Below are positions 29,301 to 41,300 of a stretch of 64,000 bases of DNA, piece after piece. A model generated the notes under the pieces. That model did no database searches. It had not been told where the DNA came from and was given only the letters and a program-made list of their open reading frames with translations. The position numbers and the translations under genes were made by a program. The stretch's first letter is position 1. Every line of letters begins with the position of its first letter. Origin of the DNA: Naegleria gruberi (Eukaryota); assembly GCA_000004985.1 (NCBI GenBank), contig GG738932.1, one strand, 5' to 3'.

Positions 29301-32300
29301 NNNNNNNNNNNNNNNNNNNNNNNNNNNNNNNNNNNNNNNNNNNNNNNNNNNNNNNNNNNNNNNNNNNNNNNNNNNNNNNNNNNNNNNNNNNNNNNNNNNN
29401 NNNNNNNNNNNNNNNNNNNNNNNNNNNNNNNNNNNNNNNNNNNNNNNNNNNNNNNNNNNNNNNNNNNNNNNNNNNNNNNNNNNNNNNNNNNNNNNNNNNN
29501 NNNNNNNNNNNNNNNNNNNNNNNNNNNNNNNNNNNNNNNNNNNNNNNNNNNNNNNNNNNNNNNNNNNNNNNNNNNNNNNNNNNNNNNNNNNNNNNNNNNN
29601 NNNNNNNNNNNNNNNNNNNNNNNNNNNNNNNNNNNNNNNNNNNNNNNNNNNNNNNNNNNNNNNNNNNNNNNNNNNNNNNNNNNNNNNNNNNNNNNNNNNN
29701 NNNNNNNNNNNNNNNNNNNNNNNNNNNNNNNNNNNNNNNNNNNNNNNNNNNNNNNNNNNNNNNNNNNNNNNNNNNNNNNNNNNNNNNNNNNNNNNNNNNN
29801 NNNNNNNNNNNNNNNNNNNNNNNNNNNNNNNNNNNNNNNNNNNNNNNNNNNNNNNNNNNNNNNNNNNNNNNNNNNNNNNNNNNNNNNNNNNNNNNNNNNN
29901 NNNNNNNNNNNNNNNNNNNNNNNNNNNNNNNNNNNNNNNNNNNNNNNNNNNNNNNNNNNNNNNNNNNNNNNNNNNNNNNNNNNNNNNNNNNNNNNNNNNN
30001 NNNNNNNNNNNNNNNNNNNNNNNNNNNNNNNNNNNNNNNNNNNNNNNNNNNNNNNNNNNNNNNNNNNNNNNNNNNNNNNNNNNNNNNNNNNNNNNNNNNN
30101 NNNNNNNNNNNNNNNNNNNNNNNNNNNNNNNNNNNNNNNNNNNNNNNNNNNNNNNNNNNNNNNNNNNNNNNNNNNNNNNNNNNNNNNNNNNNNNNNNNNN
30201 NNNNNNNNNNNNNNNNNNNNNNNNNNNNNNNNNNNNNNNNNNNNNNNNNNNNNNNNNNNNNNNNNNNNNNNNNNNNNNNNNNNNNNNNNNNNNNNNNNNN
30301 NNNNNNNNNNNNNNNNNNNNNNNNNNNNNNNNNNNNNNNNNNNNNNNNNNNNNNNNNNNNNNNNNNNNNNNNNNNNNNNNNNNNNNNNNNNNNNNNNNNN
30401 NNNNNNNNNNNNNNNNNNNNNNNNNNNNNNNNNNNNNNNNNNNNNNNNNNNNNNNNNNNNNNNNNNNNNNNNNNNNNNNNNNNNNNNNNNNNNNNNNNNN
30501 NNNNNNNNNNNNNNNNNNNNNNNNNNNNNNNNNNNNNNNNNNNNNNNNNNNNNNNNNNNNNNNNNNNNNNNNNNNNNNNNNNNNNNNNNNNNNNNNNNNN
30601 NNNNNNNNNNNNNNNNNNNNNNNNNNNNNNNNNNNNNNNNNNNNNNNNNNNNNNNNNNNNNNNNNNNNNNNNNNNNNNNNNNNNNNNNNNNNNNNNNNNN
30701 NNNNNNNNNNNNNNNNNNNNNNNNNNNNNNNNNNNNNNNNNNNNNNNNNNNNNNNNNNNNNNNNNNNNNNNNNNNNNNNNNNNNNNNNNNNNNNNNNNNN
30801 NNNNNNNNNNNNNNNNNNNNNNNNNNNNNNNNNNNNNNNNNNNNNNNNNNNNNNNNNNNNNNNNNNNNNNNNNNNNNNNNNNNNNNNNNNNNNNNNNNNN
30901 NNNNNNNNNNNNNNNNNNNNNNNNNNNNNNNNNNNNNNNNNNNNNNNNNNNNNNNNNNNNNNNNNNNNNNNNNNNNNNNNNNNNNNNNNNNNNNNNNNNN
31001 NNNNNNNNNNNNNNNNNNNNNNNNNNNNNNNNNNNNNNNNNNNNNNNNNNNNNNNNNNNNNNNNNNNNNNNNNNNNNNNNNNNNNNNNNNNNNNNNNNNN
31101 NNNNNNNNNNNNNNNNNNNNNNNNNNNNNNNNNNNNNNNNNNNNNNNNNNNNNNNNNNNNNNNNNNNNNNNNNNNNNNNNNNNNNNNNNNNNNNNNNNNN
31201 NNNNNNNNNNNNNNNNNNNNNNNNNNNNNNNNNNNNNNNNNNNNNNNNNNNNNNNNNNNNNNNNNNNNNNNNNNNNNNNNNNNNNNNNNNNNNNNNNNNN
31301 NNNNNNNNNNNNNNNNNNNNNNNNNNNNNNNNNNNNNNNNNNNNNNNNNNNNNNNNNNNNNNNNNNNNNNNNNNNNNNNNNNNNNNNNNNNNNNNNNNNN
31401 NNNNNNNNNNNNNNNNNNNNNNNNNNNNNNNNNNNNNNNNNNNNNNNNNNNNNNNNNNNNNNNNNNNNNNNNNNNNNNNNNNNNNNNNNNNNNNNNNNNN
31501 NNNNNNNNNNNNNNNNNNNNNNNNNNNNNNNNNNNNNNNNNNNNNNNNNNNNNNNNNNNNNNNNNNNNNNNNNNNNNNNNNNNNNNNNNNNNNNNNNNNN
31601 NNNNNNNNNNNNNNNNNNNNNNNNNNNNNNNNNNNNNNNNNNNNNNNNNNNNNNNNNNNNNNNNNNNNNNNNNNNNNNNNNNNNNNNNNNNNNNNNNNNN
31701 NNNNNNNNNNNNNNNNNNNNNNNNNNNNNNNNNNNNNNNNNNNNNNNNNNNNNNNNNNNNNNNNNNNNNNNNNNNNNNNNNNNNNNNNNNNNNNNNNNNN
31801 NNNNNNNNNNNNNNNNNNNNNNNNNNNNNNNNNNNNNNNNNNNNNNNNNNNNNNNNNNNNNNNNNNNNNNNNNNNNNNNNNNNNNNNNNNNNNNNNNNNN
31901 NNNNNNNNNNNNNNNNNNNNNNNNNNNNNNNNNNNNNNNNNNNNNNNNNNNNNNNNNNNNNNNNNNNNNNNNNNNNNNNNNNNNNNNNNNNNNNNNNNNN
32001 NNNNNNNNNNNNNNNNNNNNNNNNNNNNNNNNNNNNNNNNNNNNNNNNNNNNNNNNNNNNNNNNNNNNNNNNNNNNNNNNNNNNNNNNNNNNNNNNNNNN
32101 NNNNNNNNNNNNNNNNNNNNNNNNNNNNNNNNNNNNNNNNNNNNNNNNNNNNNNNNNNNNNNNNNNNNNNNNNNNNNNNNNNNNNNNNNNNNNNNNNNNN
32201 NNNNNNNNNNNNNNNNNNNNNNNNNNNNNNNNNNNNNNNNNNNNNNNNNNNNNNNNNNNNNNNNNNNNNNNNNNNNNNNNNNNNNNNNNNNNNNNNNNNN

Positions 32301-35300
32301 NNNNNNNNNNNNNNNNNNNNNNNNNNNNNNNNNNNNNNNNNNNNNNNNNNNNNNNNNNNNNNNNNNNNNNNNNNNNNNNNNNNNNNNNNNNNNNNNNNNN
32401 NNNNNNNNNNNNNNNNNNNNNNNNNNNNNNNNNNNNNNNNNNNNNNNNNNNNNNNNNNNNNNNNNNNNNNNNNNNNNNNNNNNNNNNNNNNNNNNNNNNN
32501 NNNNNNNNNNNNNNNNNNNNNNNNNNNNNNNNNNNNNNNNNNNNNNNNNNNNNNNNNNNNNNNNNNNNNNNNNNNNNNNNNNNNNNNNNNNNNNNNNNNN
32601 NNNNNNNNNNNNNNNNNNNNNNNNNNNNNNNNNNNNNNNNNNNNNNNNNNNNNNNNNNNNNNNNNNNNNNNNNNNNNNNNNNNNNNNNNNNNNNNNNNNN
32701 NNNNNNNNNNNNNNNNNNNNNNNNNNNNNNNNNNNNNNNNNNNNNNNNNNNNNNNNNNNNNNNNNNNNNNNNNNNNNNNNNNNNNNNNNNNNNNNNNNNN
32801 NNNNNNNNNNNNNNNNNNNNNNNNNNNNNNNNNNNNNNNNNNNNNNNNNNNNNNNNNNNNNNNNNNNNNNNNNNNNNNNNNNNNNNNNNNNNNNNNNNNN
32901 NNNNNNNNNNNNNNNNNNNNNNNNNNNNNNNNNNNNNNNNNNNNNNNNNNNNNNNNNNNNNNNNNNNNNNNNNNNNNNNNNNNNNNNNNNNNNNNNNNNN
33001 NNNNNNNNNNNNNNNNNNNNNNNNNNNNNNNNNNNNNNNNNNNNNNNNNNNNNNNNNNNNNNNNNNNNNNNNNNNNNNNNNNNNNNNNNNNNNNNNNNNN
33101 NNNNNNNNNNNNNNNNNNNNNNNNNNNNNNNNNNNNNNNNNNNNNNNNNNNNNNNNNNNNNNNNNNNNNNNNNNNNNNNNNNNNNNNNNNNNNNNNNNNN
33201 NNNNNNNNNNNNNNNNNNNNNNNNNNNNNNNNNNNNNNNNNNNNNNNNNNNNNNNNNNNNNNNNNNNNNNNNNNNNNNNNNNNNNNNNNNNNNNNNNNNN
33301 NNNNNNNNNNNNNNNNNNNNNNNNNNNNNNNNNNNNNNNNNNNNNNNNNNNNNNNNNNNNNNNNNNNNNNNNNNNNNNNNNNNNNNNNNNNNNNNNNNNN
33401 NNNNNNNNNNNNNNNNNNNNNNNNNNNNNNNNNNNNNNNNNNNNNNNNNNNNNNNNNNNNNNNNNNNNNNNNNNNNNNNNNNNNNNNNNNNNNNNNNNNN
33501 NNNNNNNNNNNNNNNNNNNNNNNNNNNNNNNNNNNNNNNNNNNNNNNNNNNNNNNNNNNNNNNNNNNNNNNNNNNNNNNNNNNNNNNNNNNNNNNNNNNN
33601 NNNNNNNNNNNNNNNNNNNNNNNNNNNNNNNNNNNNNNNNNNNNNNNNNNNNNNNNNNNNNNNNNNNNNNNNNNNNNNNNNNNNNNNNNNNNNNNNNNNN
33701 NNNNNNNNNNNNNNNNNNNNNNNNNNNNNNNNNNNNNNNNNNNNNNNNNNNNNNNNNNNNNNNNNNNNNNNNNNNNNNNNNNNNNNNNNNNNNNNNNNNN
33801 NNNNNNNNNNNNNNNNNNNNNNNNNNNNNNNNNNNNNNNNNNNNNNNNNNNNNNNNNNNNNNNNNNNNNNNNNNNNNNNNNNNNNNNNNNNNNNNNNNNN
33901 NNNNNNNNNNNNNNNNNNNNNNNNNNNNNNNNNNNNNNNNNNNNNNNNNNNNNNNNNNNNNNNNNNNNNNNNNNNNNNNNNNNNNNNNNNNNNNNNNNNN
34001 NNNNNNNNNNNNNNNNNNNNNNNNNNNNNNNNNNNNNNNNNNNNNNNNNNNNNNNNNNNNNNNNNNNNNNNNNNNNNNNNNNNNNNNNNNNNNNNNNNNN
34101 NNNNNNNNNNNNNNNNNNNNNNNNNNNNNNNNNNNNNNNNNNNNNNNNNNNNNNNNNNNNNNNNNNNNNNNNNNNNNNNNNNNNNNNNNNNNNNNNNNNN
34201 NNNNNNNNNNNNNNNNNNNNNNNNNNNNNNNNNNNNNNNNNNNNNNNNNNNNNNNNNNNNNNNNNNNNNNNNNNNNNNNNNNNNNNNNNNNNNNNNNNNN
34301 NNNNNNNNNNNNNNNNNNNNNNNNNNNNNNNNNNNNNNNNNNNNNNNNNNNNNNNNNNNNNNNNNNNNNNNNNNNNNNNNNNNNNNNNNNNNNNNNNNNN
34401 NNNNNNNNNNNNNNNNNNNNNNNNNNNNNNNNNNNNNNNNNNNNNNNNNNNNNNNNNNNNNNNNNNNNNNNNNNNNNNNNNNNNNNNNNNNNNNNNNNNN
34501 NNNNNNNNNNNNNNNNNNNNNNNNNNNNNNNNNNNNNNNNNNNNNNNNNNNNNNNNNNNNNNNNNNNNNNNNNNNNNNNNNNNNNNNNNNNNNNNNNNNN
34601 NNNNNNNNNNNNNNNNNNNNNNNNNNNNNNNNNNNNNNNNNNNNNNNNNNNNNNNNNNNNNNNNNNNNNNNNNNNNNNNNNNNNNNNNNNNNNNNNNNNN
34701 NNNNNNNNNNNNNNNNNNNNNNNNNNNNNNNNNNNNNNNNNNNNNNNNNNNNNNNNNNNNNNNNNNNNNNNNNNNNNNNNNNNNNNNNNNNNNNNNNNNN
34801 NNNNNNNNNNNNNNNNNNNNNNNNNNNNNNNNNNNNNNNNNNNNNNNNNNNNNNNNNNNNNNNNNNNNNNNNNNNNNNNNNNNNNNNNNNNNNNNNNNNN
34901 NNNNNNNNNNNNNNNNNNNNNNNNNNNNNNNNNNNNNNNNNNNNNNNNNNNNNNNNNNNNNNNNNNNNNNNNNNNNNNNNNNNNNNNNNNNNNNNNNNNN
35001 NNNNNNNNNNNNNNNNNNNNNNNNNNNNNNNNNNNNNNNNNNNNNNNNNNNNNNNNNNNNNNNNNNNNNNNNNNNNNNNNNNNNNNNNNNNNNNNNNNNN
35101 NNNNNNNNNNNNNNNNNNNNNNNNNNNNNNNNNNNNNNNNNNNNNNNNNNNNNNNNNNNNNNNNNNNNNNNNNNNNNNNNNNNNNNNNNNNNNNNNNNNN
35201 NNNNNNNNNNNNNNNNNNNNNNNNNNNNNNNNNNNNNNNNNNNNNNNNNNNNNNNNNNNNNNNNNNNNNNNNNNNNNNNNNNNNNNNNNNNNNNNNNNNN

Positions 35301-38300
35301 NNNNNNNNNNNNNNNNNNNNNNNNNNNNNNNNNNNNNNNNNNNNNNNNNNNNNNNNNNNNNNNNNNNNNNNNNNNNNNNNNNNNNNNNNNNNNNNNNNNN
35401 NNNNNNNNNNNNNNNNNNNNNNNNNNNNNNNNNNNNNNNNNNNNNNNNNNNNNNNNNNNNNNNNNNNNNNNNNNNNNNNNNNNNNNNNNNNNNNNNNNNN
35501 NNNNNNNNNNNNNNNNNNNNNNNNNNNNNNNNNNNNNNNNNNNNNNNNNNNNNNNNNNNNNNNNNNNNNNNNNNNNNNNNNNNNNNNNNNNNNNNNNNNN
35601 NNNNNNNNNNNNNNNNNNNNNNNNNNNNNNNNNNNNNNNNNNNNNNNNNNNNNNNNNNNNNNNNNNNNNNNNNNNNNNNNNNNNNNNNNNNNNNNNNNNN
35701 NNNNNNNNNNNNNNNNNNNNNNNNNNNNNNNNNNNNNNNNNNNNNNNNNNNNNNNNNNNNNNNNNNNNNNNNNNNNNNNNNNNNNNNNNNNNNNNNNNNN
35801 NNNNNNNNNNNNNNNNNNNNNNNNNNNNNNNNNNNNNNNNNNNNNNNNNNNNNNNNNNNNNNNNNNNNNNNNNNNNNNNNNNNNNNNNNNNNNNNNNNNN
35901 NNNNNNNNNNNNNNNNNNNNNNNNNNNNNNNNNNNNNNNNNNNNNNNNNNNNNNNNNNNNNNNNNNNNNNNNNNNNNNNNNNNNNNNNNNNNNNNNNNNN
36001 NNNNNNNNNNNNNNNNNNNNNNNNNNNNNNNNNNNNNNNNNNNNNNNNNNNNNNNNNNNNNNNNNNNNNNNNNNNNNNNNNNNNNNNNNNNNNNNNNNNN
36101 NNNNNNNNNNNNNNNNNNNNNNNNNNNNNNNNNNNNNNNNNNNNNNNNNNNNNNNNNNNNNNNNNNNNNNNNNNNNNNNNNNNNNNNNNNNNNNNNNNNN
36201 NNNNNNNNNNNNNNNNNNNNNNNNNNNNNNNNNNNNNNNNNNNNNNNNNNNNNNNNNNNNNNNNNNNNNNNNNNNNNNNNNNNNNNNNNNNNNNNNNNNN
36301 NNNNNNNNNNNNNNNNNNNNNNNNNNNNNNNNNNNNNNNNNNNNNNNNNNNNNNNNNNNNNNNNNNNNNNNNNNNNNNNNNNNNNNNNNNNNNNNNNNNN
36401 NNNNNNNNNNNNNNNNNNNNNNNNNNNNNNNNNNNNNNNNNNNNNNNNNNNNNNNNNNNNNNNNNNNNNNNNNNNNNNNNNNNNNNNNNNNNNNNNNNNN
36501 NNNNNNNNNNNNNNNNNNNNNNNNNNNNNNNNNNNNNNNNNNNNNNNNNNNNNNNNNNNNNNNNNNNNNNNNNNNNNNNNNNNNNNNNNNNNNNNNNNNN
36601 NNNNNNNNNNNNNNNNNNNNNNNNNNNNNNNNNNNNNNNNNNNNNNNNNNNNNNNNNNNNNNNNNNNNNNNNNNNNNNNNNNNNNNNNNNNNNNNNNNNN
36701 NNNNNNNNNNNNNNNNNNNNNNNNNNNNNNNNNNNNNNNNNNNNNNNNNNNNNNNNNNNNNNNNNNNNNNNNNNNNNNNNNNNNNNNNNNNNNNNNNNNN
36801 NNNNNNNNNNNNNNNNNNNNNNNNNNNNNNNNNNNNNNNNNNNNNNNNNNNNNNNNNNNNNNNNNNNNNNNNNNNNNNNNNNNNNNNNNNNNNNNNNNNN
36901 NNNNNNNNNNNNNNNNNNNNNNNNNNNNNNNNNNNNNNNNNNNNNNNNNNNNNNNNNNNNNNNNNNNNNNNNNNNNNNNNNNNNNNNNNNNNNNNNNNNN
37001 NNNNNNNNNNNNNNNNNNNNNNNNNNNNNNNNNNNNNNNNNNNNNNNNNNNNNNNNNNNNNNNNNNNNNNNNNNNNNNNNNNNNNNNNNNNNNNNNNNNN
37101 NNNNNNNNNNNNNNNNNNNNNNNNNNNNNNNNNNNNNNNNNNNNNNNNNNNNNNNNNNNNNNNNNNNNNNNNNNNNNNNNNNNNNNNNNNNNNNNNNNNN
37201 NNNNNNNNNNNNNNNNNNNNNNNNNNNNNNNNNNNNNNNNNNNNNNNNNNNNNNNNNNNNNNNNNNNNNNNNNNNNNNNNNNNNNNNNNNNNNNNNNNNN
37301 NNNNNNNNNNNNNNNNNNNNNNNNNNNNNNNNNNNNNNNNNNNNNNNNNNNNNNNNNNNNNNNNNNNNNNNNNNNNNNNNNNNNNNNNNNNNNNNNNNNN
37401 NNNNNNNNNNNNNNNNNNNNNNNNNNNNNNNNNNNNNNNNNNNNNNNNNNNNNNNNNNNNNNNNNNNNNNNNNNNNNNNNNNNNNNNNNNNNNNNNNNNN
37501 NNNNNNNNNNNNNNNNNNNNNNNNNNNNNNNNNNNNNNNNNNNNNNNNNNNNNNNNNNNNNNNNNNNNNNNNNNNNNNNNNNNNNNNNNNNNNNNNNNNN
37601 NNNNNNNNNNNNNNNNNNNNNNNNNNNNNNNNNNNNNNNNNNNNNNNNNNNNNNNNNNNNNNNNNNNNNNNNNNNNNNNNNNNNNNNNNNNNNNNNNNNN
37701 NNNNNNNNNNNNNNNNNNNNNNNNNNNNNNNNNNNNNNNNNNNNNNNNNNNNNNNNNNNNNNNNNNNNNNNNNNNNNNNNNNNNNNNNNNNNNNNNNNNN
37801 NNNNNNNNNNNNNNNNNNNNNNNNNNNNNNNNNNNNNNNNNNNNNNNNNNNNNNNNNNNNNNNNNNNNNNNNNNNNNNNNNNNNNNNNNNNNNNNNNNNN
37901 NNNNNNNNNNNNNNNNNNNNNNNNNNNNNNNNNNNNNNNNNNNNNNNNNNNNNNNNNNNNNNNNNNNNNNNNNNNNNNNNNNNNNNNNNNNNNNNNNNNN
38001 NNNNNNNNNNNNNNNNNNNNNNNNNNNNNNNNNNNNNNNNNNNNNNNNNNNNNNNNNNNNNNNNNNNNNNNNNNNNNNNNNNNNNNNNNNNNNNNNNNNN
38101 NNNNNNNNNNNNNNNNNNNNNNNNNNNNNNNNNNNNNNNNNNNNNNNNNNNNNNNNNNNNNNNNNNNNNNNNNNNNNNNNNNNNNNNNNNNNNNNNNNNN
38201 NNNNNNNNNNNNNNNNNNNNNNNNNNNNNNNNNNNNNNNNNNNNNNNNNNNNNNNNNNNNNNNNNNNNNNNNNNNNNNNNNNNNNNNNNNNNNNNNNNNN

Positions 38301-41300
38301 NNNNNNNNNNNNNNNNNNNNNNNNNNNNNNNNNNNNNNNNNNNNNNNNNNNNNNNNNNNNNNNNNNNNNNNNNNNNNNNNNNNNNNNNNNNNNNNNNNNN
38401 NNNNNNNNNNNNNNNNNNNNNNNNNNNNNNNNNNNNNNNNNNNNNNNNNNNNNNNNNNNNNNNNNNNNNNNNNNNNNNNNNNNNNNNNNNNNNNNNNNNN
38501 NNNNNNNNNNNNNNNNNNNNNNNNNNNNNNNNNNNNNNNNNNNNNNNNNNNNNNNNNNNNNNNNNNNNNNNNNNNNNNNNNNNNNNNNNNNNNNNNNNNN
38601 NNNNNNNNNNNNNNNNNNNNNNNNNNNNNNNNNNNNNNNNNNNNNNNNNNNNNNNNNNNNNNNNNNNNNNNNNNNNNNNNNNNNNNNNNNNNNNNNNNNN
38701 NNNNNNNNNNNNNNNNNNNNNNNNNNNNNNNNNNNNNNNNNNNNNNNNNNNNNNNNNNNNNNNNNNNNNNNNNNNNNNNNNNNNNNNNNNNNNNNNNNNN
38801 NNNNNNNNNNNNNNNNNNNNNNNNNNNNNNNNNNNNNNNNNNNNNNNNNNNNNNNNNNNNNNNNNNNNNNNNNNNNNNNNNNNNNNNNNNNNNNNNNNNN
38901 NNNNNNNNNNNNNNNNNNNNNNNNNNNNNNNNNNNNNNNNNNNNNNNNNNNNNNNNNNNNNNNNNNNNNNNNNNNNNNNNNNNNNNNNNNNNNNNNNNNN
39001 NNNNNNNNNNNNNNNNNNNNNNNNNNNNNNNNNNNNNNNNNNNNNNNNNNNNNNNNNNNNNNNNNNNNNNNNNNNNNNNNNNNNNNNNNNNNNNNNNNNN
39101 NNNNNNNNNNNNNNNNNNNNNNNNNNNNNNNNNNNNNNNNNNNNNNNNNNNNNNNNNNNNNNNNNNNNNNNNNNNNNNNNNNNNNNNNNNNNNNNNNNNN
39201 NNNNNNNNNNNNNNNNNNNNNNNNNNNNNNNNNNNNNNNNNNNNNNNNNNNNNNNNNNNNNNNNNNNNNNNNNNNNNNNNNNNNNNNNNNNNNNNNNNNN
39301 NNNNNNNNNNNNNNNNNNNNNNNNNNNNNNNNNNNNNNNNNNNNNNNNNNNNNNNNNNNNNNNNNNNNNNNNNNNNNNNNNNNNNNNNNNNNNNNNNNNN
39401 NNNNNNNNNNNNNNNNNNNNNNNNNNNNNNNNNNNNNNNNNNNNNNNNNNNNNNNNNNNNNNNNNNNNNNNNNNNNNNNNNNNNNNNNNNNNNNNNNNNN
39501 NNNNNNNNNNNNNNNNNNNNNNNNNNNNNNNNNNNNNNNNNNNNNNNNNNNNNNNNNNNNNNNNNNNNNNNNNNNNNNNNNNNNNNNNNNNNNNNNNNNN
39601 NNNNNNNNNNNNNNNNNNNNNNNNNNNNNNNNNNNNNNNNNNNNNNNNNNNNNNNNNNNNNNNNNNNNNNNNNNNNNNNNNNNNNNNNNNNNNNNNNNNN
39701 NNNNNNNNNNNNNNNNNNNNNNNNNNNNNNNNNNNNNNNNNNNNNNNNNNNNNNNNNNNNNNNNNNNNNNNNNNNNNNNNNNNNNNNNNNNNNNNNNNNN
39801 NNNNNNNNNNNNNNNNNNNNNNNNNNNNNNNNNNNNNNNNNNNNNNNNNNNNNNNNNNNNNNNNNNNNNNNNNNNNNNNNNNNNNNNNNNNNNNNNNNNN
39901 NNNNNNNNNNNNNNNNNNNNNNNNNNNNNNNNNNNNNNNNNNNNNNNNNNNNNNNNNNNNNNNNNNNNNNNNNNNNNNNNNNNNNNNNNNNNNNNNNNNN
40001 NNNNNNNNNNNNNNNNNNNNNNNNNNNNNNNNNNNNNNNNNNNNNNNNNNNNNNNNNNNNNNNNNNNNNNNNNNNNNNNNNNNNNNNNNNNNNNNNNNNN
40101 NNNNNNNNNNNNNNNNNNNNNNNNNNNNNNNNNNNNNNNNNNNNNNNNNNNNNNNNNNNNNNNNNNNNNNNNNNNNNNNNNNNNNNNNNNNNNNNNNNNN
40201 NNNNNNNNNNNNNNNNNNNNNNNNNNNNNNNNNNNNNNNNNNNNNNNNNNNNNNNNNNNNNNNNNNNNNNNNNNNNNNNNNNNNNNNNNNNNNNNNNNNN
40301 NNNNNNNNNNNNNNNNNNNNNNNNNNNNNNNNNNNNNNNNNNNNNNNNNNNNNNNNNNNNNNNNNNNNNNNNNNNNNNNNNNNNNNNNNNNNNNNNNNNN
40401 NNNNNNNNNNNNNNNNNNNNNNNNNNNNNNNNNNNNNNNNNNNNNNNNNNNNNNNNNNNNNNNNNNNNNNNNNNNNNNNNNNNNNNNNNNNNNNNNNNNN
40501 NNNNNNNNNNNNNNNNNNNNNNNNNNNNNNNNNNNNNNNNNNNNNNNNNNNNNNNNNNNNNNNNNNNNNNNNNNNNNNNNNNNNNNNNNNNNNNNNNNNN
40601 NNNNNNNNNNNNNNNNNNNNNNNNNNNNNNNNNNNNNNNNNNNNNNNNNNNNNNNNNNNNNNNNNNNNNNNNNNNNNNNNNNNNNNNNNNNNNNNNNNNN
40701 NNNNNNNNNNNNNNNNNNNNNNNNNNNNNNNNNNNNNNNNNNNNNNNNNNNNNNNNNNNNNNNNNNNNNNNNNNNNNNNNNNNNNNNNNNNNNNNNNNNN
40801 NNNNNNNNNNNNNNNNNNNNNNNNNNNNNNNNNNNNNNNNNNNNNNNNNNNNNNNNNNNNNNNNNNNNNNNNNNNNNNNNNNNNNNNNNNNNNNNNNNNN
40901 NNNNNNNNNNNNNNNNNNNNNNNNNNNNNNNNNNNNNNNNNNNNNNNNNNNNNNNNNNNNNNNNNNNNNNNNNNNNNNNNNNNNNNNNNNNNNNNNNNNN
41001 NNNNNNNNNNNNNNNNNNNNNNNNNNNNNNNNNNNNNNNNNNNNNNNNNNNNNNNNNNNNNNNNNNNNNNNNNNNNNNNNNNNNNNNNNNNNNNNNNNNN
41101 NNNNNNNNNNNNNNNNNNNNNNNNNNNNNNNNNNNNNNNNNNNNNNNNNNNNNNNNNNNNNNNNNNNNNNNNNNNNNNNNNNNNNNNNNNNNNNNNNNNN
41201 NNNNNNNNNNNNNNNNNNNNNNNNNNNNNNNNNNNNNNNNNNNNNNNNNNNNNNNNNNNNNNNNNNNNNNNNNNNNNNNNNNNNNNNNNNNNNNNNNNNN